Shown here in pieces: positions 37,251 through 50,491 of a stretch of DNA of 64,000 nt. Source of the stretch: Octopus vulgaris (taxonomy: Eukaryota). Position 1 is the stretch's first letter; each line of letters opens with the position of its first letter. The position numbers and the translations under genes were made by a program. Under the pieces are notes generated by a model. It ran no database searches, was not told where the DNA came from, and saw nothing but the letters and a program-made list of their open reading frames with translations. Location: NCBI GenBank assembly GCA_951406725.2, contig OX597816.1, forward strand, positions 150,784,001-150,848,000. The letters are read 5' to 3'.

Positions 37251-38369
37251 TGCTGATAACTTTAATATTTTTTGAGCTCATGCGATATCGTATAATTTGA
37301 AATAAGAAAATGGGATAAGCAAGGGAAAAAAAAGTTAATTCAATTATATATGTTACGTGGTGGCAGGGAGTATATATACTTTCACAATATATAAATAAAT
37401 TCTTGGCCAAATGTTTCAATTTCGCGCCTTGAATAATTAAAAAAAAACCATATGTTTACTAATAATAGTTTACCATAATTCTGCATAAAGTTCCAGTTTC
37501 TTAATGGAAAGCTGGATAGTTACTACCAGTTCATTAAAAATCTTAACGTTTCGGACAGTAACGAAAATTTTTCATTACTTAGTCTTATAGAGCAAATTTT
37601 AAACAATTCATGTCTTTTGTGCCTTATTTTGTTTATTTCATCGAAGGTTACTGGGGTGTTCATGTAATACGTGATGTGACAGCACCGCACAAAGGCAATT
37701 CTGTCTATCAACTTTGGTGTGGCAGAAACTGAATCTGGCAACTTCAGGATAGTATTCTCTTCATAAGATATCAAATTGAACAGCAGAAGTAAATAAATAA
37801 CCAAAGATTCTTTTAAAATAGTTCATCTAAAAACATATTTGCACTATTTTTATTTAACATATTTTCACTACTTTTTATTAAATAAACGTCTGTATAGATT
37901 AATGCAAAGCAGTGTAGAAAACTCTATCACAAAATACCAAGCATGATTTTCTATTTCCATAAACTGTTTTATCTCCGCAGTTTTGTTGATCTTTTTTAAA
38001 AATATCTTTGTATGGAATTGTCATGCCCAAACAGTTGTTAGCAAAACCTTAGATAGCAATGAAATGCAATAGGAATGGAGTTTTAAGTTTTTAACCATTA
38101 TTTCGAATCTTTTGTGGTGAACTGTGTTTTCATTATTTATTAAATCATTAATTAGAATAAACATAAATACAAGAAATATTGCATAGACAATATTTCATTA
38201 GAAATATATAATCAGAACACAAGTTTTGATACACATCACAAGTTTATTTCTCCCAAATCACTCAAAGAAACGGTGACAACTGATGCAGAACACAGTTTGA
38301 AAAACCCTGACTTACCTTACAAATAAGTTTAAGTTAGACAATCAATTATGGCAGTAAGGAGCATCCGTA

Positions 38370-38700
38370 TATATTTAAAACCAATCGTCAATAGACCGCT
38401 TCAGCTGAGGGTTAATCTCGTAACTCTCAACTGTTAATAAATTTACGAAAGCAATATTTTTGTTAAGAACAATATTTACACAATGCAAATGTCAAATAAG
38501 CCCTAATCAAAAATAACATATGTATATATATTAAACACGACGAAAACTTATTAAATATTGTTAATGATAAAGGACGACACCATGCTTCTAAAGAAAGGTA
38601 ACTCTAGCACTATTTCAGTCCAGCTTTGGACAAGACTGGTTTGGCCTGCGTGTGCGTGCGGGACCAACTTGGATATGCAGATGCCATCTGACAAGTGGCT
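38370..38700 (+). promoter_or_regulatory. Putative PRKAB promoter / first non-coding exon region
   Basis: CCAAT box (~38381), CpG patch GCCTGCGTGTGCGTGCGGG, donor-like AAG|GTAACT (~38597), 0.7-1 kb upstream of the coding exon. Confidence 0.35.
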
Positions 38701-39400
38701 TACTGTTTGTTGTTCCTGAAGGTCACCTTCTTTCCTTCTCTTTGCAGATAGTTGAAGTCATTGAAAAAGTAACGTTTTCTTCAATGTTTTAAGTTATTCG
38801 TTTCTCTGGTAAATACCCCTGAACACTTATCGTTTTGGATTTTTATTGCATTTCTTCATTCTTGAATTGAAATTATGATTGATTGATCCCAGCATACTAA
38901 CTTGTCTTAACGATGCTGATTGATTGATTGCATTATCGTATCTGTCAGTATTTGTGATTTAAGTTTTGAAGTTAAAGAGGGGTAGAATAAAAAGAAAAGA
39001 GGAAATCATAAAACCAACGTTTCAGGTGCTAAGTTCTTGTCTATGGAATATAGATATTCAGGCGCATTCAAAACAGACATTGTATATGGCTTCTTGCACC
39101 TATTAGCTAATCTTGTTATACCAATTGACCATATTACATAGGAAATATTAACAAAACTTTGTAATAGTGTAATGACTATTACATAAATAGAATGTCTATT
39201 TTACTATTTCGATAGTCAGGTCAGCTGACTCCTTCCAAACACGGACTTGATTTTTTCATGTTTTTTTTTCTTTGAATTTTAATTCTGTTTATAGCCAGCA
39301 GTGACTACTTCAGTTAGTGGCAATTTTTATCTTAATATAATTTATTTTTGGGAGATTGAGAGAAAGATAGTAAATAAGTGTGCTTGACTTGAAGATAAAG

Positions 39401-39520
39401 ATGGGGAATACAACATCTGGTAAACGACACAATTCTGGGGACGATGCCGGACCTACGATAACAGCAAACCGACTAGGGGATATTTCTCTCGAAGATGACT
39501 TCGCACCAAGCCTCTTCAAG
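39401..39520 (+). CDS. PRKAB: AMPK beta subunit, first coding exon
   Basis: MGNTTSGKRHNSGDDAGPTITANRLGDISLEDDFAPSLFK. MGxxxS myristoylation motif as in PRKAB1/2. AAG|GTAAGC donor, phase 0. Likely acceptor at TTTATAG| 39294. Confidence 0.88.
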
Positions 39521-41667
39521 GTAAGCTGAAATTTTAAATTTCTATGTATAGTAATGAGAATTATTATTACTCCTATTTTTCTTTGTGTATTTATTTAGGT
39601 GTACAATTTGACTCTCTACACCTGTCCTGCTTTTTCAGCGCGGCTGAAGCGTGGGCATGTTTTGTCCACCCAGCCTTTTGCCTGTTTCTCAACTTAATGA
39701 TTTACATTGACTGTTCACAAAACATATTTTAATATTTACTTCTTAGCGCGGCTGTTTGTGACGTATGCGAGTACAAATACAATATATTAACTTTATAAAT
39801 TTATTGTATATATGTATGCTTGTTTATCTGTGTACGTATGTATGTGTGTGTGTGTAATGAGTGTTTATTACCTTTTTGTACAATATACATTATGCGTAAC
39901 TATAATTATTTCGACACGTTCTATTGTCTTAATACTTGTTTCCTCTCTTGATATATATTTAGCCCAAAAGTGTGTATATGTGTGTGCATGCATATATATA
40001 TATATATATAGATTTCGTATGTTTGTATATTTTTTGTTTCTTCCTGTATGATAGTTCTTGTTTACACTGCTAAATTTTTATTTACTCTTTTCTTTAATAA
40101 ATTTTATTATGAGTAGTTTCACTGGAATGTCTGTTTATTGTAAACAAACCTTGTCGTTCCTGCACCAGCACACGTACACAGCCCACTCTCTGTTGCAAAT
40201 TAAGAGGAAAACAACAAAACTAAATCATTATTTATTTCGTCAACATTTTCTCGGTCAAGTTTTCAATGAATGTGTGAATGTGAGGCCATAAAATTCCTTT
40301 GTATCGATATAATTGTCTTTGAATTATAGAGAGTAATCAAAAGTTGTGATAGCTATGCATTTCATAAGAATATTAGAGACGTAAATTAGTTTTAAATTGA
40401 AATCAAAACCTTGTGTTTTCGACTTTAACAGATATATAATTTACTTATTTTATTCTTTCACATACACACTGGATTGGGGTTCGTAGAGGTGGAGAGTAAT
40501 GAGACTGAATGTCGTTGATGCCCTTAAAAACATATGTAACTTAAATGTAACTGATGAGAAATACAAAGTCAGCTTAAATGCAGTGGGGGTTTTTTTTTTG
40601 TCTCCTCAATAAAGCACTTCTCAGTTCACCTTTATTTTATTAACTACCACTTAATTAGGCTTGTTCGGCCCTCTTCCTCGTGCAATTTTTAGTAATATCT
40701 TGTAAATATCAAATCGAGGAAAAAAATAAATGTTGCAAATTTTTCAGTCCTTGCATTTTTTTTTCTTTGCTTCTTAAGTTCAGCTTTTTAAACAAACACC
40801 CAAATTTCAGTCAAGTTTGCATGTCAAATATCGGTTCACATATTATTGTTGATTTTAAATTTTGGCGATCTTCATAATTTAATTACTGTAACAATGCACG
40901 GGCCCACAACACATCAATAATGGTTTAAAATCAATACTCGCTTTGTGCTTCATTTATCTTGTTCAAGTGATAAATATTGATTTCTTTTTGACTAGGTACA
41001 TGAACAATTTTGTAGACAAGATGTATTATAGTCAAATTTTTAACGTAGTAGTACATTGCTGCTACTTTATCACGAATTTCCCTCTATGAGATTTCAATTC
41101 AGAAATGAATGTTAAAACAGTTACAAATTTACAAGGAAAACAAATGAAATTGTGATAGTTATACATGTTTGACTGTCATAACTGAAATGATTTGGCTTTA
41201 AGAGATTTTAAACTGGATCTAAGATTTGCTTAATCCCATCTGGTTGTCCATTTATACAGTCAGTTTTTGCTAACCCTTTAATTCTTTCTGCACTGAAACA
41301 TTTTATACATGGCAGAATGTGTACAAGAATATCACTTTCAAATGATGCTTGAGCAGAGTTCAAGCCCCAAAAGAAATTTATCATCTGTTCATTTTAAACT
41401 ATTGTTTCAAATTGACTCCTGGTTTAATTTTCAGTTTTGCGCCTTTATGGCTTTAATCAAATTTATTATTTATTTTTTTTGCTTGGACATACAGTTCGAG
41501 GGATTTCTTTATTTTGTCCAGAATTCTAATTTAAGAGAAAAATACATTAAGAAGAGTTATTTAAACGTATATTTAATGAATCCTATATAATGTAACAAAA
41601 TAGTCAGTTGAACCTATTTGTATTAAAAGTTTTGATTGTAGTTAGAGCCTTCCTGATTCTAAACTTA

Positions 41668-43142
41668 CAGGAGTCGGACAAAATAGTGGAAACGTTTTGT
41701 TAAATGGAAGTTTTGTTATTAGTGTGAAGTTCATCCACCTTCGGCATCACTCACAGCTTTTGTGTGAACTAAATTGACTTGTACAGATTCTGAAAGGTTG
41801 TTAGGGTTAATTTTGAGCCACTCTTCAAGTCAAACCTGCGTTAGCTCTTTCAATGATGGTAGTGAAGGAAAGCAGCTCTTCACTTACTGCTCCAAAATGC
41901 ACCATAAACATATTGTGAGGTCTAGTGATTGTTGGGGCCAATCTAAGTGGTCTGTTTCACTTTTGTGCTCTTTGTACTAATTCTGAATAACATTGGTCAT
42001 GTAATTTGGTACATCATCATAGAAGATTGTGCTATCATCTAAGAACAAAGTTTATACATGATTGCCAAAATACTCTGATAATCTTTGCTGCTAACTCTAT
42101 CATATAGAACAACAAAAGAGCCAAGAGAATATTGATATGGCTTCCCAAATCATCAGAGACAACTCCATGCTTCATAGTAGGTGCCAAACAGTTGGGGTTG
42201 AGGGGTCGTTTGGGCTGTCCCCAGACATAAACTTGCCCCAAAGTGAGGAAAAAGAAAATGAATGAGAATTCATCAGAGAGATGACAGTGTTCCATTGAGT
42301 CATTAACCACATCAGTTAGTCTAGATATAATTTTTTCTATTTGTCAATGTTGATGGAAGTAGGAGAGGTTTAGCAATTGCAGCCCTCCTATGGTATTCCA
42401 TTTTATGAAGCTCACAATGAATGGTTTTGGTTGAGACAGGTTGGCAGTGTAGTGGTTTAACTCTGCTGTCACTTTTACTACTGTTGTTAAATGGTTTTCA
42501 GATACCATATGTTTCATTATTCTTTTGTCTGTGAGCTTTGCTTTCCATCCAGAATTACAGTTGCCAGAGCTGTTTTTACCTTGGTTTTGGAATGCCAACA
42601 TTATATTAAACACTGCAGTTCTTGGGACATTAAATAATTCAACAGTTTTGTGACTGAAGCTTCAGCCATCTGTGCTCCAACAGTTTGTACACTTTAGAAA
42701 TTAGATAGGCCTGATGAAGATGCATTTGAACTTATTTAAATATAAATATTTTCAAAAAAGAAAAACGGAGGGCTATAGTAAAGAAGTACAAGGCATACAT
42801 AATGCATATAGACACATATTGGCTTCAGATTTTAGTACAAGTTCAGCAATTTTTGGGAAGTGGGTAAGTCAGTTACATCAGCCTCAGTATGCAACTGGTA
42901 TATATTTTATTGGCCTCAAAAGGATGAAAGGTAAAGTTGACCTCAGTGGAATTTGAACTCAGAACATAAAGCTGGGCAAAATGCCACTAAACATTTTGCC
43001 CAGCATACTAATGATTCTGCCAGCTCACTGCCTTAATATGAACACATATATTGAGACTAGAACAATTCTGAATTTGTCATATTGCCAATAGAAAAAATGG
43101 TTAAATATAAAGTGATAATTTCCCTTATTTTGTGCAATCTCT
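41668..43142 (-). mobile_element. Decayed Tc1-family DNA transposon with a nested SINE
   Basis: TA|CAGGAGTCGGACAAAATAGTGGAAAC TIR with a degenerate partner near 43115-43142; transposase remnants GQVYVW...NPNCLAPTMKHG and G.KAKLT...VSENH.TT..KVTAELN. Confidence 0.8.
42823..43033 (-). mobile_element. tRNA-derived SINE nested in the Tc1 element
   Basis: AAAGGATGAAAGGTAAAGTTGACC...TTTGAACTCAGAAC...GATTCTGCCAGCTCACTGCC. Confidence 0.8.
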
Positions 43143-43199
43143 CTCATACACACACGCATATATATATATAGTGCTCATGTCCTCCACTTTACCGAAGGA

Positions 43200-43620
43200 T
43201 TCTGAATTCTAAACTATGAGACACAGGCTTGCAAAGTATATCATCCAACTTGCTGTCATTTATGCCAACAGTATTTCTCTAGTGATATCTTTAGTATCAG
43301 AAGCATGCTGTTAAGAATTTGGTGCAGATGGGTAGAACATGTTTGAATGAAAGATGACTGCATTCTGAAAATTCTTTTGTCTGGTCAACAAGTAGAGGGA
43401 TACTGCAGTAAATGAGGCCCATCATTAGGTATAAGGATAAGTTGAAGCAATCACTAAAGTCTCTACAGCTTAATTTGACATCTTGGGAAAGTCATTGCCT
43501 TGACTGATCATCATGGTGTAAAATGTGTCATGATACATCAAAACAATTTGAGTTGAGGAAACAGAACGGTAAAAGAACTATCCTGCAATCAAGACACATT
43601 TGCCCAATCCTAGGCAAAAT
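43200..43620 (+). mobile_element. Decayed fragment of a second RTE-type LINE
   Basis: Remnant RW..HV..MKDD.I.KILLSGQ..G.....P..RYKDKLKQSLK, typical of the RTE RT C-terminus. Confidence 0.55.
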
Positions 43621-44544
43621 CAAAATCCTCATTGTCCCTTCACAGCAAAATTTACTTAAATTATACTCACATATCCATCACAAATAGAGGCAGCTTCTTT
43701 TTTTGTCTTTTTCTCACTTTTTTTTTTCTCTTTAAATCATCTTCTCCAAACATTCATACTTCAAAATTGATGAGTGACCATAATTTTTCTAGTAATTAAA
43801 TTTTTTTGTTCTTAGTTATCACCTCTGTTTTTAAAGTTTTGTTAGCCTTGAGATAACACTTTAATAGTTACAGTTCTTTTGATTTCTTGGTTGAATAATC
43901 ACTAAAAATATCAGTATAAATACAGATTAACTAAAAATATATTAGTTGTTCAAAATATTAATCTCGAACAAAATTTAAGAAATTTATCTGCTCTTAACTT
44001 TTCACAATTTATTAAATCCTTAAATCCTTAAAAATGTTTTAGCCTGAAGGCCACGGCCATGCTGGGGCACCGACTTCCATCTTAGGTACAATGTGTTTGT
44101 GTGTGCATGCGCATGTGCACGCTAAAGGGAGATAGAATAATTATCACAACCTCATTAAAATGTTGAGTTTACTTCATCAATCTTCTTGGAAGTGGAAAAT
44201 ATTGCCTAAGCTTGTGAGATTTGAATTCAGAAGTATGTGAAAAATATGTCATTAAACAGATGGTGCAGAGGAATGGAGTTGGTGCTGATAAGTGTTCATG
44301 GCAACAAATATCTTGAATTGCACTATGGAAAGCTTACCCTAGCTTTTGATGAGCCTTTATATGACCTTACTGAATAATCTGAGCAGAGAGGAAGTAAAAA
44401 AAGATGAGTTAGTTATTCCATGTTTATAATTTTTTTCACTGCATTTCATTGTCAGTAATGACTTGTAGATATAAAGCTTCATGTCCTTATCAGCATTACT
44501 AACTTGTGTAAAAGAGTATTTAGTTGCAGAATATATATGTGTGT

Positions 44545-44830
44545 GAAGGTGCTTGGCTCAGTGGTTATAGCATCGAGCTTACAATCATGAGGTTGTGAGT
44601 TTGATTCCTGGACTGTACTGCATGTTGTGTTCTTGAGCAAGACACTTTATTTCACGTTGCTCCAGTTCACTGAGCTGTTGAAATGAGTTGCGATGTCACT
44701 GGTGCCAAGCTGTATCAGCCTTTACCTTTCCCTTGGAAAACATTGGTAGCATGGAGAGGGGAGACTGGTATGCATGGATGACAAGTGGTCTTCCATAAAC
44801 AACTTTGCCTGGACTTGAAGGAAGGGAGTC
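44545..44830 (+). mobile_element. tRNA-derived SINE (third family)
   Basis: TGGCTCAGTGGTT (A box), GAGTTTGATTCC (B box), TGTTCTTGAGCAAGACACTTTATTTCAC core. Confidence 0.7.
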
Positions 44831-44831
44831 A

Positions 44832-44881
<50 letters not shown>

Positions 44882-45275
44882 GGTTGTGGTTGATGCCAGT
44901 GTTGCATAACTGGCACCTGTGCTAGTGGCACGTAAAAAGCACTCTTCCAACTTTGGACCAGCTGAGATTGCAGTTGTGGCTGATGCCAATACAATGTTTT
45001 GTAACTGGTACTCAACCCAAGGTTGTGGCTATCTCCACTCTTGAATTAGTCTCAAGGAAGATTGAAATTCCGGTGGTGTAGGAAATCCGGTAGATCCCAA
45101 CACTGGTAAATCCAAGAATTAACCGTTTGATGCAAGTCCGAAGTGTCATTCTAATGTATAAAACTACAAATATTATGTAACTTTACATCTGTCAAGGATG
45201 TTGTGAAAGACCTAATGAAATAGTTGTTTGTTTCAGAACTTTACTTTGATACTTTTTTTTTCACTTTAATTTTTA

Positions 45276-46250
45276 TTATCATCATCATTTAGCATCTGTT
45301 GTCCATACTGGCATGAGCTGGATGGTTTGACTAGGGCTGGCAAGCTGGAAGGCTGCACCAAGTTCCAATCTGATTTGGCATGGTTTCTATGACTGGATGC
45401 CATTCCTAATGCCAATCACTCTGAGAGTGTAATGGGTACTTCTATGTGCCACCAGCACAAGTGCTATTTGCATGACACTAGTATCTGCCATGACTGATTT
45501 TACTTGGCTTGATGAGTCTTCTTTTCAAGCACGACATAATGCCAAAGGTCTTGGTCATTTCTTCCATGAGTTCCAATATTTGAAAGGTGCTTTTTGTATG
45601 CCACCGGCATGGGTACCAGTTACATGACACCAGCATCAGCCACTACTATAATTTCACTTGGCTTGGTGGGTCTTCTCAAGCACATCAGCAAAGTTCTTGG
45701 CCGCTAATCATTGCTTCTATGAGACCCAAAGTTTGAAGATCATGCTTCCACCACCTTGTCCCACGTCTTCCTGGGTCTACCTCTACCACAGGTTCCCTCC
45801 ACAGTTAGAGATTAGCATTTCTTTACACAGTTGTCCTCGTCCATATGCATCACATGACCATACCAGCACAGTTGTCTCTCTTGCATACCACATCTGATGC
45901 CTCTTATACCCAACTTTTCTCTCAAGATGCTTAAACTCTGTTGAACTTGTACACTGACATTGCACATCCAGCAAAGCATTCTGGTTTCATTTCTTCCTAG
46001 CCTACGCATGTTCTTGGCTGTCATAACCCATGTTTCACTGCTGTGTAGCATAGCTGTTTGCACACAGGCATCAAACAATCTGCCTTTCACTCTGAGAGAG
46101 AGAGAGAGAGAGACCCTTTGTTGCCAGCAGAAGTAGGAGCCCTCTGAACTTTGCTCAGCCTAATCTTATTCTTCCAGCTATGCTATCGAAGCATCCAGCT
46201 CTGCTACTAACTTAGTCACCCAGATAATAGAAGCTATCTTCTACCTCTGG
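45276..46250 (-). mobile_element. RTE-clade LINE 3' fragment
   Basis: KGRLFDACVQTAMLHSSETW...QERQLCWYGHVMHMDED, 3' UTR and (TGA)n tail. Confidence 0.9.
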
Positions 46251-47847
46251 CTTACCTTCTCCCCATCTGGTAGTTTAAAAGTTCCTAATTTAACCAGTTT
46301 TTGTTTTTCATGATCTTTGTGTAATTACATTCATTTTACAAAATTCTATTGCACAATGTAGCTTTCCTTTTTTGAGTTACAAAATATTTCACCATTTTAT
46401 CATATTTTTTCCATGGTAAATAGCATGAACTGTACAGGTTTTCTATATATTGCTTTTGAATTATTTTCTTTAGCCTTCCACCATAGTTTTCTATTACTCT
46501 TGGTGCTTTTTTTTTCTAAGTGGCTATTGCTTGCCTCACTTATCCATACTAGCCTCACTTATCCATACTAGTGCAACATTCTTTCCTGCATTCATTAGCT
46601 AGTCTTGTTATGCTCAGCCTCTTTACCTGCTTGCTTTTCATGCAAGTTAGCATTGTATATCCAATGGATTAAATTCATTTCTCTTTAGCCTCTACAGATA
46701 ATTCAGACTGCACACTCGTCATACTCCTTAGACATGTTTCAGCAGTTTTTCAACTTCAAAATAGTTACACCATATATTAAAGTGCTTCTCATACATTGGC
46801 GTTTGTGAGCCCATCATACACAACAAAGTACATCCACATAAGATTATTTGATGAGCAAACCTTCACTCAGCAATCCACTCAAATTGTCTGGCTCTCTCCT
46901 CTCTTTTAGCCCTTTTGATATTAGCCACCAAAGGCCACCCCAAGTTTCATGATACAACATTCCTGTTTTAAAATTATCTGAATTAAAGTCATCAAAATTG
47001 TTAAATTGTGCTCCAAATACTAGCTTAATAGTGTAACTTTACTAAATTCTTCATATTTTCAATATTAATTGAAACAAAGCAGTTTATTTCAGTAGCTATC
47101 TGGTACTAAAAGGGTTAAATCATCACAACAGTCTTGGTCCCTGTTTCAATTTCCCAACAATGTATCACCTTTACTTTGAAAATGCACATGTTGCTTTTAT
47201 CTCATCTTTTCACCATTTCATCAGTAACTCACTAATCCTAGATCCTATACTAAGTACTACTTAATCTTTCTTCTCTAGAACTACATCCTTTTATTGTTGT
47301 GATAGTTTAAAAATTTTTTCTTTTATAGTTTCTATCAGAGTTTTAAAATTTTCCTGTCCCTTAGTGTTCAAAGCTCTGAAAAAGTTATGCACAATACACT
47401 TTGAGCAACAAAAAAAAAAATGTATCTATGATAGTTTTGTGGCTACCCTTTTTAATTTTTCTTATTTATAAATAGCATGAGCAGAAAGCTTCAACCTAGT
47501 TACTCTGAATTTTGCACCTGGCAATTATTTTGTTTTCTTGCATTTTAAAAATCTGAATTACTTTCTTTTGTCATCCTATTACTTACATGTTGATATAAGC
47601 CATATAGGGTTACTGTAAATCATAAAGCACTCCTGTCAGTTGTCATAAGATAGGAAATGAAGTGGTTTGATTATGTAATACAATACTACAAACCTCTAAT
47701 GTAGTGATTCTCAAACTGGCAAATATCAGCCACTCTCTAAATATTATTGAAATTTTAAGCCCTACATTCATTAGGTGGGCAAACTAAGAATAAAAATCTT
47801 TCATTGCCATTGTCTAGGATAAGTTTTAAAAGTTTTAAAGCATCTTA

Positions 47848-49124
47848 CAAGGGTCAGCAGCAAAGTTCATAGTCTGACCAAAATACTCTCGTGGAATGTG
47901 ACCAAATGAGGTTTATTTTTCAACGTAGTCCCCTTGTGGTCCGCACACTTCTTCCATTGGTGTTGCAGTGCTTGGATTTTGTTGAAGAAACTTTCATCCT
48001 GTTGGTCAAAAAAGTCATCAACAGCAGATATATCATCATCACAACAATACTGGCTCCCAACCAATATTTTTTATTATTGGGAAACAGTTAATAGTCAAGT
48101 GTGTGTGTGTGGGGGGGGGCAAATCAGGAGAATAAGGAAGGTCATCAACCAGTTCACAACCACAGTCATGCACAGCAACCATTGAAATGAAGGACTTGTC
48201 TGTTGGAGCATTGTTTGATGAAACAAGACCACCTTCATCAGTTTTCCTGGGTGTTTGATCTTCATAGCCTTTCATAACTGCTTCAGCAAGCTGGCATAGT
48301 ACTCTCCATTGATGGTATGGCCTTTTTGAAGATAGTCAATAAACACAATGCCTTTTGCATCCCCAAAAACTAAGGCCATCACCTTCCCTGCAGATGAAAT
48401 GACCTTGGTCTTCTTCAAAGTAAATGAGGAGTGTTTCCACTGCATGGATTGTCTTTGTCTTTGGTTCAAAGTGATAAAACCAACACTCACCTGGGGTTAG
48501 GAAATGTTCAAAAGTTTCCACTGTACAGTACCTTGGGTGAACATTTTTTAATCAAAAGGGCCAAAATAGCTAAAGCTTTGTGAGTAAACAGAATCTCACT
48601 AGATGGATGGGCTGTACCTATTGGGTGGTAGACATTGCTAGATCTGCCTGAAACAATGTCAGATTTTCCTGTGATGTGATCAGCCTGATGTGCTTTTGAT
48701 CAGTTGTCAGATGTGGCACCCATCAAGCAGAAACCTTTATCGTGCCAAGTTCTTTGTGAAGAATATTCTCAACTCTCATGGGATATTCTAATAGCATTGG
48801 CTATTTGATTTATAGTCAAGCACCTGTCATCCATCCCCATGTGGTGAAGGCAGTGGTAGGATGCCCAGACCTTGGCTTGTGTTCAAGAATTTCCTTTCCT
48901 CTCCTCAATTCAGCTGCCCATTTTTGTACTGTTGATAAAGCTGGAGCGTCATTCCCTAGTGTAGCAAGCAAGTTAGCATGAATGTCCTTGGGTGCTAAAC
49001 CCTTTTCCTGTAGGTACATGATAGCACCATGATACCAAATTTTGTCCATTTTCAAGAGTTGTTACTAGTTAGTTCTGAGCTGGATGATATCAGTTTAGCC
49101 TATGAACTTCTCAGCTCACCCTCA
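47848..49124 (-). mobile_element. Near full-length decayed mariner transposon (irritans-subfamily-like)
   Basis: TIRs CAAGGGTCAGCAGCAAAGTTCATAG / CTATGAACTTCTCAGCTCACCCTCA; MDKIWYHGAI.YL..KG...PRSGHP, SAGKVMA.VF.DAKGIVFIDYL.KG.TINGEYYASLL, PYSPDL motifs; frameshifted. Confidence 0.92.
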
Positions 49125-50207
49125 TTTTTTTAATATTAAAAATGGCAATTTGTTTTATTTATAATTAATTTTAGGTCCCCTCTCCTATGAGAAACATTGT
49201 TCTAGTGAATATGCTGCCCCATTCCATGAATGTTGGGGATGGAGATTGAGCAAGATAAAGGAATAAGCAGGGAGGAAACTTGTAGAAAACATGAGGTTGG
49301 CTGGCAGCTGGGGAAAATGGAAGATATAGGTTGCATTTCTTGTGTACCTGTTCTGCTGTTAGCTAAGATTTCTTTTGATTGAAAATTACTGGGTTATTCC
49401 TTACTGGTTCATATCTTCTACATGCTACTAGCTTTTCTGTTTTTCAATTTCATGAATTAAACTTTTTTTTTTTTGTCTGAAGAAAATGTGTTTATGTTCA
49501 TGGATTTTACAAACTCTCCAAGACTGGGGAAACCAGAGTATATGTGCTCAAGAACTACAAGTTGAGGGTGGTTGACCTTCTAGAGATGAAGGACCAAGAA
49601 AAAGGTTTAGTTCAAGGTGGGTGTAATATGGGTAACAAAGTCGGATTGGATGAACCTGAATGGAAGTGGTATGAGATAAACCAACTCCAAGAAATAGGGG
49701 CCACTATAGTACAACATAGCTGTGGTTTGAACCACAGTCATGTTGGAGTGTTGGTAAATGACTTCATGTCAGCTAGCTTGATGGTTTCTGTTTTTTTTAT
49801 GCAGTCTATGATGGTTATGTATGTGATTAGGAAGCTTGCTTCCCACCTGTGTAGTCTTCAGTTCAGTCCTACTGTATACTACCTTGGGCAAGTGTCTTCT
49901 ACTATAGTCCCAGGTCCTCTAAAGCCTTGTTAGTCGATTTCATAGATAAAAATTGAAAAGAAGCCTGGCACATATGTATATATTTGCATATGTTTTGTGT
50001 GTACAGGTCTCATAGAATCTTTCTACTTGCTGCAGCCCTTTTTCAGCTGGCATAAACAGCAAGAGAGAAAACTGACCAGTCCTACTGTTGTCTGTCATGT
50101 TTAGTTTGTTTTTGCATTTAGTTTTCACCTATTCTTCCATGCTGGCATGAATTAGATGAATTCTTGTTGAGGCAGATTTTCTACACTTTGATGCTCTTCT
50201 GGTTCCT

Positions 50208-50491
50208 TGCAAAAAAAGCACTTGTGCCGGTTCTACGCAAAAAAAGCACTTGTGCCGGTTCCACATAAATGTTGCGTTATGTTGGAAGAGCACTTGCATC
50301 ATGTAGGAAGAGCACTTGTGCTGGTGCCATGTAATAAAACACTCAGCACACTCTGTAAAGTGGTTGGTATTAGGGAGGGCATTTAGTTATAGAAACCAAG
50401 TCAAATCAGACAGGAACCTGGTGCAGCTCAACTGCTTGCCAGCACTGTCAACCCATGCCAGCATGGAAAACAGATGTTAAATGATGATGAT
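50208..50491 (+). mobile_element. RTE 3' tail fragment
   Basis: AAAAAGCACTTGTGCCGG repeats then CCATGCCAGCATGGAAAACAGATGTTAAATGATGATG. Confidence 0.75.

Noticed and set aside
29455-39401. Functional clustering of ECHS1 and PRKAB as energy-metabolism neighbours
   Set aside because: Adjacency alone is not evidence. They are 10 kb apart in tandem with separate putative promoters.
44545-44615. tRNA gene
   Set aside because: The A/B boxes are degenerate, no clean cloverleaf forms and the sequence continues into a SINE body.
49544-49933. 129-aa ORF
   Set aside because: GTG start, runs into a SINE, no recognisable domain or exon boundaries.
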